From Batkoa obscura (Eukaryota): a stretch of 64,000 bases of DNA. The position numbers were made by a program, and so were the translations under genes. The stretch is taken from positions 682,001 to 746,000 of the forward strand of contig JASVEC010000003.1 of assembly GCA_030770535.1 (NCBI GenBank). Direction: 5' to 3'. The notes under the pieces are model-generated. The model had not been told where the DNA came from and searched no databases. It was given only the letters and a program-made list of their open reading frames with translations. Of the stretch, positions 60,251 to 64,000 are shown in pieces (positions within the stretch are counted from its first letter, which is position 1; the number at the start of each line of letters is the position of its first letter).

Positions 60251-61859
60251 ATGGACGAATATCAGGAGAAAACCAAGCTACCATTTAGTTTAAAAAAGTT
60301 TAAAAAAATATTTTCAAAGGAGACAAAATCTTCAACAACAATGGAAGATGTCAAACATAAAAAAAAGATGATGTTAAATTCAATGGAATATAAAAATCAA
60401 CTAGCACAAAGTAAACCTTTCTGCTTTTCGTAACTACTTTTATTTACTAACCTTTTCTTAGTTGTTAATATCTTAAAACAGCAAGGTATTCTACGGTCTC
60501 AACGTGACATTGAGCATTATTTTAAATTATGCAATTATGATGTATATGAAACTACTCAATACCTTACTTGTTTAGCTTTAGCTGAAGTGGGTATTTTAGT
60601 TTCTGTTAATGAGATCAACCAATTATTAGGTGTTGAAAACGCTGCTGGTACTAGTTGTTATATTGGTAAGTCTTAATTCTGTATATATATATATATATAT
60701 ATTGACTATGTTAGACACTATATTATTCGCTATGTATTCACATGAAACGACATTCGATTGCTTATTACAAAGCAAAAAACTACAAGATAAATTAAGTGAA
60801 TCTTTACAAACCTTATGTCGATTTTTTGTCAATTTATTGAGAAGCAATTTACTAGTAAGAGCCGAAATTGTAGAAAGCATACGTAAAAAATTAATTGAGT
60901 GTGGATGGGGTACTAACAAGTATAGCCAAGAAGATGCCGGTGAATTCTTTTTATTTTTATGTAACTTGTTCCAGTTACCATATCTACCCTTCAATTTACA
61001 ACTGATTCATGGTGCTAAATTGGACCCGAAGTTAGACACTAAATTGATTGAAGATCGTATTTTGCCCCTTTCATTACCAGAGTTAGATCCTAATAATAGT
61101 ACAAAAAAGTTTATTACTATTGAAGATTTATTACTGGATTATTTTTATTCAAATAAAATTAGTGGATTAAGAAGGAGTATTGAGATTAACCCTAATGAAG
61201 AAAAGGCAGCTATAACTGATGCCTGGTCTGTATTAAAATTATTGCCATTTTATACATCAAAAAATGAGTTGAGTAATATTAATATATTAAAAGAAAGTGA
61301 ATTGAATGAACCAGATTTAATTTTACCATTGATGATTAAAAGATACAAAAAGGAATTTAATAAGAACCATCATCTTGATGATATAAAAAGAGATAATCGG
61401 GGTGTTACATTAAGCTGCGATATTAATTTCAATAATTTTATCAAAAAAATGGATTCAGCAATTGAAGATAAAAGTAAAAATGAATATCGATTAGAATTGA
61501 AATCCGTGATATGTCATATTGGGACAACTTTACAATCTGGACATTATATTGTGTTTGTTAAAGATTCCAATACAAATGACTGGGTACAGATGGATGATTT
61601 GAAGAATGAAAAAGTACAAAGGTATTCGTCAGTTAAACAGGCTACTCAAGCTTTTGAAATCATGGCCAGAAATTCATATATTTTATTTTATAAATTAAAA
61701 GTTATCAACCATTCATCTAATAGTAATAACAATACAAATTTTAATCGATTGCGTTCAAATACGGCTATGTCTATGGATGCTAAATTAGCTAGAAATATGC
61801 AAGCCTTAGAATTTATTGAAAGGGATTCTTATAAAGATAAATCTTGCGCTATGCAGTAA
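60251..61859 (+). CDS. USP/C19 ubiquitin hydrolase (CYLD-like Cys box) with C-terminal CaaX; exons 60251-60410, 60462-60666, 60715-61859
   Basis: Spliced GVENAAGTSCYI|DTILFAMY (Cys box), QEDAGEF, SVICHIGTTLQSGHY (His box), WVQMDD, YILFY; ends CAMQ*. (TA)n lies in intron 2. Confidence 0.88.
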
Positions 61860-61926
61860 AGTAGTATACGATAATTTAAATCTCATATTATTAATAGTAA
61901 TAAAATATATAAAAAATGATGTTTAT

Positions 61927-62622
61927 TTATTTTAGATTAGATAGTGAGGTTTCTAAATCTATAACCAAGTCATTATATATTTGCCCAAATTTTGTATTGT
62001 TATCATTATTTTTGTCTATAAATGACAACAAATCATTGGCATCATAGGGATCCATCTTATCACTGTCACCGATGCTATTGTTTTGAGTAGATGATTGATT
62101 TTTTAAAAATTCTTTATCTAATAATTGATCAATGTTTAATAATTTACTTTTGAATGCTATTTTTTTCAATAGTTTTAAGTTTCTTTGATCCTTATTATCT
62201 ATAGTAGTAGTACCATCATCACCTATAATTGTATTATCGTCGCTGTCAATTTTCTGTGCGTCGATTTTCTTTTTAGCAACCATTTCTTTTAGCAACCTAA
62301 ATAAAAATAAGTAAATATTTATAGATACAATTGAGTTCTATTTACCAACTTATACCATATACATTACCAATTCGAGAGCCAATTTGAATGCCTTCTTTGA
62401 ATCCAAGGTCAAATCCTTCTTGATTATATTTGGTTTTGTTATTAATAATACCTTCTCGAATTCCCAACTAAAAATCACTTTTACTAAATAAATTAAAACT
62501 ATTATTTAAGTTATACTAATTACATTGTTAAATTTTAATTGTAAATTTTTCGCCTCATTCGAATGAATCCTCTTTTCATATTCAGTTTCATTTACATCGT
62601 CTTCCCATATATCTTCATCCAT
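61927..62622 (-). CDS. YAE1: Yae1-like protein (Yae1_N GxxxG repeat), 3 exons
   Basis: MDEDIWEDD...KFNN|LGIREGIINNKTKYNQEGFDLGFKEGIQIGSRIGNVYG. Confidence 0.75.
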
Positions 62623-63287
62623 TTTATTTTATAAGAAATAAAAATAACTTTTTCTAAAATTATTACTAATATATTAATTAACCAATTAAAGCTCACTCTA
62701 GGAGTAAAATTAATTTAACAGAGTATTAATATTTTTAATCTTCCTAAAATAAAACCAAACATCATTGACCAAAATCGGAATGTACTGATAAAAATAGTAT
62801 TCGAAAGTACTACAAGCTTTTATTAAAATCTAAAAATAAAAAAGAGTGATATTTGCAGAAAGAAACTACTTTATACTCATTTTATGATTATTTGTTTATA
62901 ATAATTAATAATAATTACATTTAATTAAGCTATTCATTGTAGAATTTAGTGAAAAATGTGTGGAGGGCTGCATGAATAACTAGTTGAATAGCTAGAATCA
63001 GCGATAAAATAGCTTATTACTTTAGCTATTATAGTTAATGAGCCTTAAATTCTATTTTGATTATTTGTCTTTTTGTATTCCTTATAATTTATTTTTAAGA
63101 TAGTCTTTTAGGCTAAAGCATTTAAAGTTTAATAAGCTAGTATCATATTTTTTTAATACCTCTATATTTTATATAAAAAGAGTTATGTTTCCAAAAGTCA
63201 TATCATTGAGATAAAATTGGGTAAGAGTATTTAATAGAGAGAAAAGAAATTTAAAGAGGAGAATTAGTTTTAAAAATAACGGATTAT

Positions 63288-63790
63288 TCATGTTATTGAA
63301 TAGAAGTCATCTACAATAAAGTGAAGATGCTCGTTTGCTTCTTTGCCTATAATTACCCATGGATGGTCTATCTTACATTTAAAGTGTAACTCTTAGCTAA
63401 GATCCTTATCCTTATTTTCATCATAAACGTGCTCTCTTATAATAATCTTATAATACCGTTTTTATAAGTCTGTTTGTCAGTAATAAAAATTAATCCAAAA
63501 TTAAGTCTAGGCTTTTTAAAATATCATCGCCGGATAAATTGCAATTATCAAATCCCATAAAAATCATTTCATCATTGTAAATAGAACCACGTACACCTTT
63601 CACTATCCTTTTTTTTATGTTGTTCGTTTTCATTTTTACAAAGATTACACAAATAGTATTCAAGTCTATATTCCATTTTAGTTAATATTATACAAACGCT
63701 CTCGTTTTTGATTTTATTTTTACTTGGTATTTTTTTGTGTTGAGGATATTATTGGTTGAAAATTCAATAAAGATGAAATTTTTTAACATG
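63288..63790 (-). pseudogene. Frameshifted pseudogene, distant paralog of the 12.1-12.5 kb sequence
   Basis: Pieces GSIYNDEM / NFGLIFITDKQTYKNGII / KIIIREH...S*ELHFKCKID need two frameshifts and contain an in-frame TAA. Confidence 0.55.
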
Positions 63791-64000
63791 ATTTATCAGT
63801 TAGCATTGGTAATAAAAAAGTTAAATTATTTTATCGTGAGGCACTAACAGTATTTAAAAAGCATGTGGTAATGATCTATAGTTATTATAATCAAGAGAGT
63901 GATAAAAAAGAGACAAAGTATAAAAAGGAATAGTTATAAATGAAAAAGTTGTTTGTTTATTAAAAACAGAAAATAGAATTAATAGATAGGATGAAGTTGA

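Noticed and set aside
13970..61859. Ubiquitin/K63 gene cluster (Hse1-like, BRCC36-like, CYLD-like)
   Set aside because: The genes are 13-30 kb apart among unrelated genes; co-occurrence is plausibly chance.

Overview
This is AT-rich, gene-dense eukaryotic DNA with short (~40-80 nt) spliceosomal introns, so the ORF track shows only exon fragments for most genes. The gene set is fungal (Zds1, DASH subunit Dad4, Yap-type bZIP) but also includes BRCC36 and an OSR1/SPAK-like kinase, which points to an early-diverging fungus, possibly Entomophthoromycotina (inference). I reconstructed one tRNA-Phe and 22 protein-coding genes by hand: RPS4, Zds1-like, F-BAR RhoGAP, Hse1/STAM-like, Sec7/BIG ARF-GEF, bZIP, alpha/beta hydrolase, COX10, eIF4E, secreted tyrosinase, RPL9, class-3 lipase, TLDc, bromodomain, DAD4, DUF2462, BRCC36-like, Efm2-like methyltransferase, OSR1/SPAK-like kinase, VWA protein, CYLD-like USP and Yae1-like. 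The strongest unannotated signal is a ~97-bp MITE family with 13 copies, ~20-bp TIRs (GGGG...CCCC) and 4-bp target duplications (mostly ATAT). One copy is nested inside another, which fixes the element boundaries. Also notable are two to three other MITE-like elements, a pair of decayed paralogs of an unknown gene family (12 kb and 63 kb), a tyrosinase carrying its own Tyr/Lys-rich tail, a Sec7 GEF with a non-canonical catalytic loop, and an orphan VWA protein in a TE-rich island. No database searches were run; family calls rest on recognised motifs.
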